Source of the DNA: Candidatus Melainabacteria bacterium
GTDB lineage: Bacteria; Cyanobacteriota; Vampirovibrionia; Vampirovibrionales; JAJTHC01
DNA length: 64,000 bases
Direction of reading: 5' to 3'
NCBI GenBank assembly: GCA_033763415.1
Contig: JANRKP010000029.1
Coordinates: 148,413 to 212,412, forward strand
The stretch's first letter is position 1. Each line of letters starts with the position of its first letter. The notes under the pieces were generated by a model. That model was not told where the DNA came from. It did no database searches and saw only the letters and a list, made by a program, of their open reading frames with translations. Both the position numbers and the translations under genes were made by a program. Positions 10,460-21,529 of the stretch are shown here, piece after piece.

Positions 10460-11335
10460 TTAAGGCTTTTGGAGTTCATCTAAAATGCTTTTAACGCTGC
10501 TGCTAACCGCTTTGCTGTCTACAGCGCCCGGCTTGGTGGGTAATTGGTCGGGGGGTGTTGCACCACCACCCGAAGACGCACCAGGACTTCGACTTCGGCT
10601 GTCTTCGGAGGCTCCCTCTGAGCGGCCGCTGCTGCTGTTGCGATAGCCCACCACATCGGGTAAATCCAGTTTTCGGCTTTCCCCTTTTTTCTTGCTGGTA
10701 TCGCTCAGTTCCACGGCGTTGGGCCGAATGCTTTTAATGCGCAGCGCAGTTCCTTCCACCTGAATGGTTTGTCCGGCTTCCACCATCAACGTGCCATCGT
10801 TTTCGGTTTGTAAAATGGCCATGGGTTTCTTGGCGTTGTAGGAAATTCCCAGCAACGTCACGCTTTCCAGTGGAGAGACTTCGACAATGGGCGGTGGCGT
10901 GGGCCCGGCATTGGGCGTTTCCACCGTGGGCAGCGGTTCGGGCTCAGGCCGGGTTAGTTTGCTGTAAAAAGGGTCTGTGGGTAACTGAAGCAACGCATCG
11001 GCCATGGCCATGGTAATGGGGGCTCGGTTCCCATCGCGTGCAATGGGCTTAATAACCGGTTCGTTTGCCTGTGCCGTGGGCGGCGCAATGTTATTGCCTG
11101 GCAACGCGCCAGGGGTGGTTGCAATATCGCAGGCAGCCATCATCAACATAACGCTGGTTCCCAGTAAAACCAGAGTTTCCTTACGAGATGGGTTGCTGTG
11201 GGCAACCGATAGCACACTGATAGCCTCCTGATGAAGCGGTAATGGGTCATTTGTGAGAAATGGCGTGTGCGCTTTGCGTCTCAATGCACGAAAGCGTCCG
11301 TGTGGCTCCATTGAGCGAAGATCATGGGCACACAC
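10460..11335 (-). CDS. PilP / GspC-HR-like secretin-interacting protein (lipoprotein-like signal, Pro-rich linker, beta-sandwich domain, Ser/Gly-rich tail)
   Basis: Lipobox-like 'LMMAAC'. The segment 'SVTLLGISYNAKKPMAILQTENDGTLMVEAGQTIQVEGTALRIKSIRPNAVEL' matches the PilP/GspC HR-domain pattern. It sits immediately upstream of the secretin. The start is uncertain, and the internal Met at 11311 is possible. Confidence 0.5.
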   Translation of the reverse strand: MCAHDLRSMEPHGRFRALRRKAHTPFLTNDPLPLHQEAISVLSVAHSNPSRKETLVLLGTSVMLMMAACDIATTPGALPGNNIAPPTAQANEPVIKPIARDGNRAPITMAMADALLQLPTDPFYSKLTRPEPEPLPTVETPNAGPTPPPIVEVSPLESVTLLGISYNAKKPMAILQTENDGTLMVEAGQTIQVEGTALRIKSIRPNAVELSDTSKKKGESRKLDLPDVVGYRNSSSGRSEGASEDSRSRSPGASSGGGATPPDQLPTKPGAVDSKAVSSSVKSILDELQKP

Positions 11336-11731
11336 ACAACCGACTCTTCTCTCTAACAGTTAGGACGCAAAGCGCTTTTTTCACCCGTACCGGTGCCTGA
11401 ATCCATCAGTTGCCGACAAGGGGGCAAAGCCTGCCAATGCAAGACGATGTAAACACAGTCGTCCTCGCTCCATCATAGAGAAATCCGTGGGGGGAGGAAT
11501 CCTTCAATTAAATGAGCTTATTCGTGCGTTTGGGCGTGTTTGCGCATGACGGCCTACGGCGGGAGGAGGGAACATTAAGTTTTTCTTAACCGGATGGTCT
11601 TTTGGCCGCATCTTGCTTACCATATTGGCCAGACAATGTTCTAACGCATGCTTGGCAAGATACCACGCTTTCGAACAACAGTGCGTTCTTGCTGAGCTCG
11701 GTTTTGTGTTCCAAGGAGGTTGACAACGTCC

Positions 11732-12040
11732 ATGCCTGCTACAGAAACCCAAGTAAAGCTAAAGCCTATCGGCGATCGCGTGATCCTGGAAGTGTTGGAT
11801 GACGCTGAAAAATCCGAAGGCGGCATTTATATTCCTGATTCTGCTCGTGAAAAACCCCAGCGGGGTCGTGTGTTGGCCGTTGGTAAACGTAAGCTGAACG
11901 ATGGCCGCGAAGAAGAGCTCTACGTCAAAGTGGGCGAAGTGGTTCTGTTTGCCAAATACGGCGGCACCGATGTGAAGTTGGGCGATCGTGAATACAAAAT
12001 TCTTTCCGAGAAAGACATTTTGGCCGTTATTGAAGGCTAA
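11732..12040 (+). CDS. groES: co-chaperonin GroES
   Basis: 'VKLKPIGDRVILEV...IYIPDSA' canonical GroES. The ATG at 11732 is preceded by AGGAGG, while the track ORF begins at a TTG at 11720. Confidence 0.93.
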   Translation: MPATETQVKLKPIGDRVILEVLDDAEKSEGGIYIPDSAREKPQRGRVLAVGKRKLNDGREEELYVKVGEVVLFAKYGGTDVKLGDREYKILSEKDILAVIEG

Positions 12041-12095
12041 GTGCTACTTGGTTAGACGATTTTCTCTCTGTATTCAATCAGTAGTAATCCAATAG

Positions 12096-13742
<1,647 letters not shown>

Positions 13743-13886
13743 AGCGCGTTTCTAGCGTTTGACGTATTCGCTTAACATTGTTCTCATTCTAAAACCCTTC
13801 GTCCTGTGGCTGGCTTGCTGGCACAAGGCGGAGGGTTTTTACCGTGGAAGGCTTTGACTGATCAGCAGCCGGTTGTGGTTGCTTTC

Positions 13887-14270
13887 TCAGGTTTTGTCGC
13901 TATTGGCGGTAGCGGGGGGGTGGCTTTCAGCGGGAACTCCTGCTGCGGGTGTCTCCTCTGCTGGCTGAAGGGCTTCTTCCGACAGGGCGGCTTGCGGGGG
14001 GCCCTCCAGCGCCACGCTACCCGAGGAGGCTTCAGCGGCATCTTTAAATCCGTGCTGAGTTTTTTTGGGGCCAGAAGAAAGCGGCTTCTTTCCCTTGGGG
14101 TTGGCCCAAATGCGACCCATCCACAGGCCCAATGTACCCATCAGCAGTGCGGAACCCAACGCCAGTGGGACCAATCCCCAGGGCGGATTGCCATACCACA
14201 GGCCTGTGTACAGTATGATGCAGAGTGTGGCGCTGGCCGCCAAGCCTGCCATTTTTTGGCCGCTATCCAT
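13887..14270 (-). CDS. hypothetical small membrane protein (2 predicted TM helices, acidic/Pro-rich tail)
   Basis: ORF only. It lies 39 nt downstream of flhA on the same strand. Confidence 0.35.
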   Translation of the reverse strand: MDSGQKMAGLAASATLCIILYTGLWYGNPPWGLVPLALGSALLMGTLGLWMGRIWANPKGKKPLSSGPKKTQHGFKDAAEASSGSVALEGPPQAALSEEALQPAEETPAAGVPAESHPPATANSDKT

Positions 14271-14309
14271 GGTGGACGTTGGGTGTTCCTCTCATTCACA
14301 AACGACACG

Positions 14310-16481
14310 CTAAACCGCTAAGGGATTGCTGTTGGATTCAATACGAACCGAGCCCAGGGCCTGTACGCGAACGGTGGGGCCAATTTCGTTGTACGAAAGC
14401 ACGGCTATTTGCGGCAAAATCCGCTCAATTAATCGCCGGAAAGGCAGCCGAATTTTGGCGTTGCACAGCAGTACCGGCTGGGTGCCACTGCTGCTAATAA
14501 CCCGCTCCACTTCGCGGTTGAGCGCCTGGAGTAAATCCTGGGTAAACGTGGGGCTGAGCGCCAAGGATGCAAGCCCCAGACCGTTTTCTCCTTGGGTGAG
14601 ACTGGTGCCCATCAGTCCCTGGGCAAGCATTTCTTCCACCTCGGGGGCGAGGGTCACGACGGGGAGATCGCCCGTATCCGGGTTGAGGTGTTGTTTGCAA
14701 ATGGCGCGAGACAGCGCCATGCGCACCTGCTCTGTGAGGAAGTCGGCATCTTTCGACACACGGCAATGGTAGCTCAGGGCCTCTAAAATGCTGGACATAT
14801 CTCGGATGGAGACTTTTTCTTTCAGCAAATTCTGTAAAATGACGTGAAGCTCGGCCACGCTTAAGGTATCGGGAATGAGATCGTTGACCAGAGAGTCTGC
14901 GCTTTTACGAACGTTCTCCAACAGCTCCTGAACGTCTTTGCGGCTGAGGATATCGGGTGCAAGGCGTTTAAAAATTTCCGTCAGGTGCGTGGAAACAACC
15001 GCAGAGGCGCTAACCACCGTGTAGCCAGCCATCTCGGCATCGAGTTTTTGAAAGCCTTCAATCCACAAGGCGGGCAGACCAAAGGCAGGCTCTCGGGTTT
15101 CAATGCCTTCTATGGGCTCCACCCCATCCGGGTCTGTGCTCATGGCCAGCCACATATCGGCCATTACCTCGCCGGTGGCAACCGTAATGCCTTTAAGCTT
15201 AACGTTGTACTGGTTGGCGGGCAGTTGTAAATTGTCTCGCACCCGAACGGAGGGCAGCACCATGCCCAGTTCCGTGGCTACCTGGCGGCGGATTTGGGCA
15301 ATGCGCTCCAGCAGATCGCCCCCGGCTTCGGCCTCAATCAGTGGGACCAGTCGGTAACCAATTTCTAGCTCCAGTGGTTCCACGGTCAGGAGATCCATCA
15401 CATTGTCGCTGGGCGTCTTTTTCTTGCGTTTGGCTTTTTCTTGGGCTTCCTGCTGCTGTTTCTGGGCAACATCCTCCTGCTTTTTGGTGTTGTATAGCAA
15501 ATAGGCCGCCCCGCCTGCCACACCGCCCACTAATAAAAACGGAATGGTGGGCAAGCCAGGAATTAAGCCCATACCAATCAGCAAGCCCCCTAACACGCCC
15601 AACACCTTTGGGTTTTGGAACATTTGCGAGCCAATGTCTTCACTGAGGTCGCGCCGGTCATCGGTATCCGAGACGCGGGTGACCAGTAAGCCCGTTGCAG
15701 CAGAGATAATGAGCGCAGGCATTTGAGAGACCAATCCATCGCCCACGGTGAGAATCGTGTAGGTGGAGGCGGCCTGATCGATGGGCATGCCGAGCTGAAC
15801 AACACCAATAATTAAGCCGCCCACAATGTTAATGACCGTAATAATGATGGCCGCAATCGCATCGCCCTTTACAAACTTGCTGGCACCATCCATCGTACCG
15901 TAGAAGTCCGCCTCTTTTTGAATCATCGTTCGGCGTCGTTTGGCTTCTTTCTCGTCGATGGTTCCGGCGTTTAGATCGGCATCAATGCTGAGCTGTTTCC
16001 CTGGCATGGCGTCCAACGTAAACCGGGCCGCCACCTCCGAGACCCGTCCCGCCCCATTGGTAATAACAATAAAGTTAATAATGATAAGAATTATGAAAAT
16101 AAGCAAACCCACCACATAGTTGCCGCCAATGACAAACGAACCGAATGCGTGGACCACGCTTCCGGCTTCGCCATAAAGTAGAATGAGCCGTGTGGTGCTG
16201 ACGTTTAGCCCCAACCGGAACAGGGTAGAGAGCAGCAAAATAATGGGAAACGTTGAATACTGAAGGGGTTCCGTAGTGTAGAGCGTGACCAGTAAAATGG
16301 TGAGCGACAGTGCAATGTTGACCGTCAGCAACATATCGAGCAGTTGCGAGGGGATGGGAATAATCATCATGCAGACGATGAGCACCATGCCCACGGCCAA
16401 CAACACATCGTTGTGCTGAAACAGCTTTTGCCACTTTACGGGCGCGGCTTTGGTGTTGGGCGGTGGCGTGGCGCCGGCCAA
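14310..16481 (-). CDS. flhA: flagellar/type III export apparatus protein FlhA (FHIPEP family)
   Basis: 723 aa. Eight N-terminal TM helices with the FHIPEP signature 'GAGRVSEVAARFTLDAMPGKQLSIDADL', plus a large cytoplasmic C-domain. Confidence 0.88.
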   Translation of the reverse strand: MAGATPPPNTKAAPVKWQKLFQHNDVLLAVGMVLIVCMMIIPIPSQLLDMLLTVNIALSLTILLVTLYTTEPLQYSTFPIILLLSTLFRLGLNVSTTRLILLYGEAGSVVHAFGSFVIGGNYVVGLLIFIILIIINFIVITNGAGRVSEVAARFTLDAMPGKQLSIDADLNAGTIDEKEAKRRRTMIQKEADFYGTMDGASKFVKGDAIAAIIITVINIVGGLIIGVVQLGMPIDQAASTYTILTVGDGLVSQMPALIISAATGLLVTRVSDTDDRRDLSEDIGSQMFQNPKVLGVLGGLLIGMGLIPGLPTIPFLLVGGVAGGAAYLLYNTKKQEDVAQKQQQEAQEKAKRKKKTPSDNVMDLLTVEPLELEIGYRLVPLIEAEAGGDLLERIAQIRRQVATELGMVLPSVRVRDNLQLPANQYNVKLKGITVATGEVMADMWLAMSTDPDGVEPIEGIETREPAFGLPALWIEGFQKLDAEMAGYTVVSASAVVSTHLTEIFKRLAPDILSRKDVQELLENVRKSADSLVNDLIPDTLSVAELHVILQNLLKEKVSIRDMSSILEALSYHCRVSKDADFLTEQVRMALSRAICKQHLNPDTGDLPVVTLAPEVEEMLAQGLMGTSLTQGENGLGLASLALSPTFTQDLLQALNREVERVISSSGTQPVLLCNAKIRLPFRRLIERILPQIAVLSYNEIGPTVRVQALGSVRIESNSNPLAV

Positions 16482-16645
16482 GGCAATAATTCCTCTGCTC
16501 TCTTAAAATGTTGGTTGGGTAAAATGTGGTTTGGGTTGCTGCATTGCGCCATAACGGCTGAAAGTTTTATTCCCACCTATTATTTTGAAGCAAACGCCCA
16601 AGGGGGCAGCAACCACCTTTTGGTCAATCTTTGGCCGGTGGGGGT

Positions 16646-17605
16646 TCATTGGCCAGGGGCGGGCGTGGTTGTTTCCGTTGGGTACTCAATACAACCGGTC
16701 TGTGTGGCGTACCCACCCACCTGAACTCCGAGAATCTCTTTTGGCGCCGAGGGGTTTAGTTGTAGACATACCTGAATGTAGGCGGGCGAGTAGAGCGTCC
16801 AGCCCTGTTCTAGTTGCAAGGTAACCGCTGCCACCGGGTCACCCGGGGCAGCGATTGGGGCAGAGATTGAGGCAGACATAGGAGCAGCCAAAAGCCCGTA
16901 ATGGTGCAAATAACAGGCCAGTGCACCACTGGCGGAACCTGTCGCGGGTTCTTCGTCAATGCTGTAGCGGGGGGCAAAGTTACGGCAATGGGCCGTACTG
17001 TATGCCGCAATGGGCTCCAGGCAAAACACGTGGTAACCGGTCACCTGGTGCTCAACGCTCAACTGTCGAATGGCTTCAAAATCAGGCTCAAGTGTCCACA
17101 GTGTTTCGCGATCCTTTACTCCAACCAGAATATCCGGCAAACCGGTGGAAACAATCTGTACCGGGGCATGGGCCAGCAACTGGCTTGCAGCCATACCCAA
17201 GGACTGGGCAATGGGCTCTGGAGGGAGGATGGGCCCGTAGGAAGGTTGCTGCTGATCCATCCAAATGTAGCCATCGGGTAAAATGCGCACGTTTAACACT
17301 CCGGCCAGGGTTTCCTGCGTGTAGGTGCCGGGCTTTAAAATGCCCTGTTGAAACAGCAGTGCAAACGTGGCCACGGTGGCGTGTCCGCAAAAATCAACCT
17401 CGCCTGCCGGGGTAAAAAAGCGCACCCGAACGTCGGCCCGCTTGGAGGGCAACACAAACGCTGTTTCCGAAAAGCCAACGGCTTGGGCAATGGCCGTATA
17501 TTCTGCCGCGAGTAGGTCCGGCGCGTTTAGGACCACCCCAGCCCCATTGCCGCCGTTGGCCACAGCGCTGAAGGCTTGGAGGGTGTGGATGCGGAGTGGA
17601 GGCAT
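16646..17605 (-). CDS. PhzF-family isomerase-like protein
   Basis: 'GNGAGVVL...FSETAFVLP...FFTPAGEVDFCGHATVA' matches the PhzF fold motifs. Confidence 0.75.
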   Translation of the reverse strand: MPPLRIHTLQAFSAVANGGNGAGVVLNAPDLLAAEYTAIAQAVGFSETAFVLPSKRADVRVRFFTPAGEVDFCGHATVATFALLFQQGILKPGTYTQETLAGVLNVRILPDGYIWMDQQQPSYGPILPPEPIAQSLGMAASQLLAHAPVQIVSTGLPDILVGVKDRETLWTLEPDFEAIRQLSVEHQVTGYHVFCLEPIAAYSTAHCRNFAPRYSIDEEPATGSASGALACYLHHYGLLAAPMSASISAPIAAPGDPVAAVTLQLEQGWTLYSPAYIQVCLQLNPSAPKEILGVQVGGYATQTGCIEYPTETTTPAPGQ

Positions 17606-17635
17606 CTCTGTTGCCCTGCTGGTGTGGTGCTAAAG

Positions 17636-18469
17636 CTACAAAACCTTGCGTTGGCGTAATTGCTGAACAATGGCGTCTGCTTGCAGGGCCAATTGCGTAC
17701 AGGGCTCGCCGAGGTCTTTCATATCCAAACGATTGTTCTCCGAGGCAAACACTGTGCCAGGAGCCTGCCGACCAATCTCATTTAAAATGGGGGTTGCTCC
17801 GTCGCGAAAGTGAATCGATTGAATTTTTCCGAGCCCGAATAGCTCGGGCACAAACGCCGAGCGACCATAGGTTACACTGAACGCGGTTTTTTCCTTTGGC
17901 AGCCTGAGTGTAAAGGTATTTTCCACGAGACCATCGGCATGACGGGTGGTTTTCTCTGCAATAACGGTATGGTTGTTGGCAATGAGTTGCTTAGCTAGGG
18001 CAGCCTTTAAATGAAATCCGACCTCATTGGCGCTGAAAGTAGTGGCAGGTTCCAGACGAATATGCGTGGCGGCTAATACGCCTTTAAACGTGTCTAGCAC
18101 TTCCTGGGCCCGGCTTTGTTTTAGCGTCTCGCGCTCTTCTGCACTCAGTAGTTGAGGCGCATTGGTTTCTGCACGTTCCAGCAAACGGTTGCTAAACGCA
18201 ACCACATCTTCGCCTGCAAGCGCGGAGAAATGCTGCGTTCCATTGTGGCGTGTATCAATTTTGCCATTGAGGTAAGTGGGAGCCACCGTAACACTAATTT
18301 TTTGAGGGTCTTTGGCATCGGCAATTTGATTGGCCCGAGCTCTTAGTGTGTCTTCTTGCACGTTAATCTGGGCTTGTTCATCAATCAATTGCCGAGGAGA
18401 TTGAAACTCCCAGTCAATGGTTGCGCCAAACCGCTGAAAAGAAGTACCCATCATGGTGTTGAGCTCCAT
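17636..18469 (-). CDS. hypothetical protein (277 aa), embedded between flhB and the PhzF-family gene
   Basis: ORF with no recognisable motifs. Co-oriented, with 30-120 nt gaps to its neighbours. Confidence 0.45.
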   Translation of the reverse strand: MELNTMMGTSFQRFGATIDWEFQSPRQLIDEQAQINVQEDTLRARANQIADAKDPQKISVTVAPTYLNGKIDTRHNGTQHFSALAGEDVVAFSNRLLERAETNAPQLLSAEERETLKQSRAQEVLDTFKGVLAATHIRLEPATTFSANEVGFHLKAALAKQLIANNHTVIAEKTTRHADGLVENTFTLRLPKEKTAFSVTYGRSAFVPELFGLGKIQSIHFRDGATPILNEIGRQAPGTVFASENNRLDMKDLGEPCTQLALQADAIVQQLRQRKVL

Positions 18470-18592
18470 ATGCTAAAAAGCGTTTTTTCGCTTCTGAGTA
18501 ATCACAACGCACGTCAGTGCCAGCATAGACTGCTCCGGTGGTTTACGCAAAGGTTAACGCACTAATGATTACATTTGTAAATCGGCTTCACC

Positions 18593-19705
18593 CTAGTTGT
18601 CTTCTGGCAAGCTTGGTCGAGGGGCGGGCGAGTTGGGGCGGGTGCGCCGACTTTTATTTCTGGCGAACACGTAGGCCAGCACTTCGGCCACGGCAGCAAA
18701 CAAGTCGGGGGGAATCATCTGATCCACGTCCACGGCGGCATAGAGGGAGCGCGCCAACGGCTTGTTCTCCATCAGCGGCACGCCGTGTTCTTTGGCAAGC
18801 ATCCGAATCTGCATGGCCACGTGGTCCTTGCCTTTGGCCACCACCGTGGGCGCGGGGAAGAGGTCGGGGTCGTACTTAATGGCCACCGAAAAGTGGGTGG
18901 GGTTGGTAATCACCACATCCGCGGTGGGAACGGACACCATTTGCCGTTTCCGGGCCATTTGCGCAGCCGTTTGCCGAATGCGGCTCTTGATCATTGGATC
19001 GCCCTCGGTTTCCTTGCGCTCGTCTTTAATGTCCTGTTTGCTCATCATCAGTTGCTTTTCCAGCTCATAAGCCTGGTAGCGCCAATCAATCAGCCCAATG
19101 ACGAAGAAAATCGCGATGGACCACAGGGCAATCTGGCTTAAAATCTCCCCAATTAGGCTCAAGGCGGTTGGTAAATCCAGCAAGTTCAGCCCCATTAGCT
19201 CGGTTTGCCGCCCCATAATAACCATACTGGCAATGCTGCCCAATACAGCCATTTTAATAATGGCTTTGGCGCTCTCTACCATCGATCGCATGGAGACAAT
19301 GCGTTTGAAACCATTAATGGGGTTCAATTTATCCAGTTTGGGCTCCAGCGGCTTGGTAGTGAACAGGGGTTTAATCTGTACCAGGTTGATGAGAATGGCC
19401 GCCGTCGTGACGGTAAGCATCATGGGAACCAACAGCCAAATGAGTGTTTGCAACGCATCGGTCCACAGATCGCCAAACGTACTGACGGTGAGCGCTTGGG
19501 TGCTGAGCCGTTGATAGGTTCCTTGGAGAATGCCCGACAGACTGGCGTAAAAGTAGTTGCCGGAAAAAGAAACCAGCAACGCCAACGCGGCCAGAGAAAT
19601 GGCGGCGTTCAAGTCCTGACTTTTGGCAACCTGCCCTTGTTCGCGGGCCCGTTGCAGCTTGCGTGCGGTTGGTTTTTCAGTTCTGGATCCTGAGTCCTGG
19701 CTCAC
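18593..19705 (-). CDS. flhB: flagellar/type III export apparatus switch protein FlhB (SctU family)
   Basis: N-terminal 'SRTEKPTARKLQRAREQGQVAKSQDL', 4 TM helices, and the autocleavage site 'NPTH' in 'VVITNPTHFSVAIKY'. Confidence 0.9.
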   Translation of the reverse strand: MSQDSGSRTEKPTARKLQRAREQGQVAKSQDLNAAISLAALALLVSFSGNYFYASLSGILQGTYQRLSTQALTVSTFGDLWTDALQTLIWLLVPMMLTVTTAAILINLVQIKPLFTTKPLEPKLDKLNPINGFKRIVSMRSMVESAKAIIKMAVLGSIASMVIMGRQTELMGLNLLDLPTALSLIGEILSQIALWSIAIFFVIGLIDWRYQAYELEKQLMMSKQDIKDERKETEGDPMIKSRIRQTAAQMARKRQMVSVPTADVVITNPTHFSVAIKYDPDLFPAPTVVAKGKDHVAMQIRMLAKEHGVPLMENKPLARSLYAAVDVDQMIPPDLFAAVAEVLAYVFARNKSRRTRPNSPAPRPSLPEDN

Positions 19706-19753
19706 GAAAAAGCCCTCTTTCTCCTGCGAATGGTCAAAGGGTGTTCTCTGGTC

Positions 19754-20572
19754 TTAACCGGCCTGAAACAACCCCATCAGGGTCTTAATCAGTGCCTGGT
19801 CTTGCCGGGCCATGGCTTCCACCACCGTAGGCAGTGTTACGGCCATCATGCCCAAACCAATGGCAACCTTAAGCGGCATACTCACCATAAACACGTTCAT
19901 TTGGGGCATCACTTTGGCCATAAACGCCAACGCCACCTCAACTACCAACAGAACCCCGAGTACGGGTAAGCCCACCATCAGCGCGGTTACAAACAGATCG
20001 GCGGTGAGTTGAATAAAGCGTTCAGCCAAAAGCCCCCAAGATTTTTCCGTAAGGACTTGGCCCAGGGGAATGTGGCCAAAGCTGTGTGCAACGGCAACCA
20101 GCAGCCAGTGGTGCAAATTCAGCATCATAAACACAATCAGGCCCAGATACAGGTACCATTGCCCCACCACCGGGTTTTGTCCGCCAGTGGCCGGGTCTAC
20201 CTGGCTGGCAACCGAAAGCCCCATTTGCAGGCCAAGCAGGGTTCCCATATAGCGAATGCCGTGAAAGGCCAGTGTGGCGCTAAAGCCCAGCAGCAGCCCA
20301 ATCATTAATTCTTGCCCAATGAGGACTGCCAAAGCCCATTCGTGGGTGGGCAGTTGCTGGGTGGCGGGCTGGCCAAACAAGCCGTATCCATTTGCCACCA
20401 GGGGGCACAGTAGGAGGCTGACCACGGCGGTCAGGCCGATCATCAGATTGGGTGGCACCACAATCACCTGCATCAGCGGAGAGGCCCCAATCATGCCGCC
20501 AATTCGGGAAAAAACCAGCATAAACGCCAGCACGTGCGGTACGCTCAAGTAACTACCCAGGGAGGTATCCAT
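19754..20572 (-). CDS. fliR: flagellar/type III export gate protein FliR (SctT family)
   Basis: 272 aa polytopic membrane protein with a FliR-like N-terminus 'LAFMLVFSRIGGMIGASPL'. It lies 48 nt upstream of flhB. Confidence 0.8.
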   Translation of the reverse strand: MDTSLGSYLSVPHVLAFMLVFSRIGGMIGASPLMQVIVVPPNLMIGLTAVVSLLLCPLVANGYGLFGQPATQQLPTHEWALAVLIGQELMIGLLLGFSATLAFHGIRYMGTLLGLQMGLSVASQVDPATGGQNPVVGQWYLYLGLIVFMMLNLHHWLLVAVAHSFGHIPLGQVLTEKSWGLLAERFIQLTADLFVTALMVGLPVLGVLLVVEVALAFMAKVMPQMNVFMVSMPLKVAIGLGMMAVTLPTVVEAMARQDQALIKTLMGLFQAG

Positions 20573-20800
20573 TCCGTTGAACGCTCTCTCTCTCTCGTCT
20601 CTTCTTGCCGGTTTGCTGGGTGCGCCGGTGTTGGTAGGCGGGCTGCTGCCACCGTGGATGAAGCACCGGCGCTGGCACAGAGTGGGTGGCTATCCTAAGA
20701 ATAGAGGAGGTGCTGCCGGTCGCCATCCTTTAAGCAAAGGAAATGACTCCCTGGGGGCTTCTGCTTACAAAGGATTGACATGAAAATTAAAAAATGATAC

Positions 20801-21523
20801 TTGTTAAAGTATAATCTTCGCAAGTTTATCTTGCCCCTAAGGGAGGACCATTTTGGTGCTCCCTTTTGTAGTAGATACCCCTTAAGGACGTATGTTTTGG
20901 TTCGTGTGGCCGCTTTTGTCGATGGTTTCAATTGCTATCATCGCTTGGAAGATCATCTGAGAGAAACAGGAAAAAACCTAAAGTGGCTTAATTATGCGCA
21001 ACTCTTGCAGCGTGTTTGCACGGAAAATGCGCAATTAGTTCAATTAATCCGACAATCGGAGGCGAGCGTATACTATCGCGTTCATTTTTTCACGGCAATT
21101 CCAGAGTGGCGTGGACCTGAGGCGGTCGATCGTCATGCAAGGTACCTTTCTGCTTTAGACAGTATGGGGGTACAAGTTCACAAAGGTCGGTTTTCAAGCG
21201 ATCGCAAGGAAAAAGAGTCGGATGTGCACTTGGCCATACAATTGTATCGAAGCGCTGCACTGAATTTAGCGGATGTGATCGTTTTGTTTTCTGCCGATAC
21301 GGACTTTGTACCAGCCCTTCGACAGGTAAGAGAAGATTTTCCCAAAAAACATTTGGTACTAGTAACATTCAAAATGAAGCAAGTTCAAGGCTACGCCAGT
21401 TTGCAATCTCAAGCACATCAGCATATTCGCATTCGGTTGGATTTAATGGCCCAGTGCCAGCTGCCACAAACTATTGTTTACGAGGGTAAGACTATTGAAA
21501 GCCCCTACCGGTTGGGAGGTTAA
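20801..21523 (+). CDS. NYN-domain (LabA/PIN-like) protein in a low-GC islet
   Basis: 'RVAAFVDGFNCYH' and 'VIVLFSADTDFVPAL' are NYN hallmarks. The probable true start is the TTG at 20897 (MVRVAAFVDG...), 8 nt after 'aagga'. Local GC is about 45% against about 59% in the flanks. Confidence 0.6.
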   Translation: MLKYNLRKFILPLREDHFGAPFCSRYPLRTYVLVRVAAFVDGFNCYHRLEDHLRETGKNLKWLNYAQLLQRVCTENAQLVQLIRQSEASVYYRVHFFTAIPEWRGPEAVDRHARYLSALDSMGVQVHKGRFSSDRKEKESDVHLAIQLYRSAALNLADVIVLFSADTDFVPALRQVREDFPKKHLVLVTFKMKQVQGYASLQSQAHQHIRIRLDLMAQCQLPQTIVYEGKTIESPYRLGG

Positions 21524-21529
21524 TATTGC

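Noticed and set aside
20573-20800. Possible fliQ upstream of fliR
   Set aside because: No ORF of FliQ size or hydrophobic character exists on the minus strand here. The only ORFs are a 68-aa plus-strand and a 78-aa minus-strand ORF with no TM pattern.
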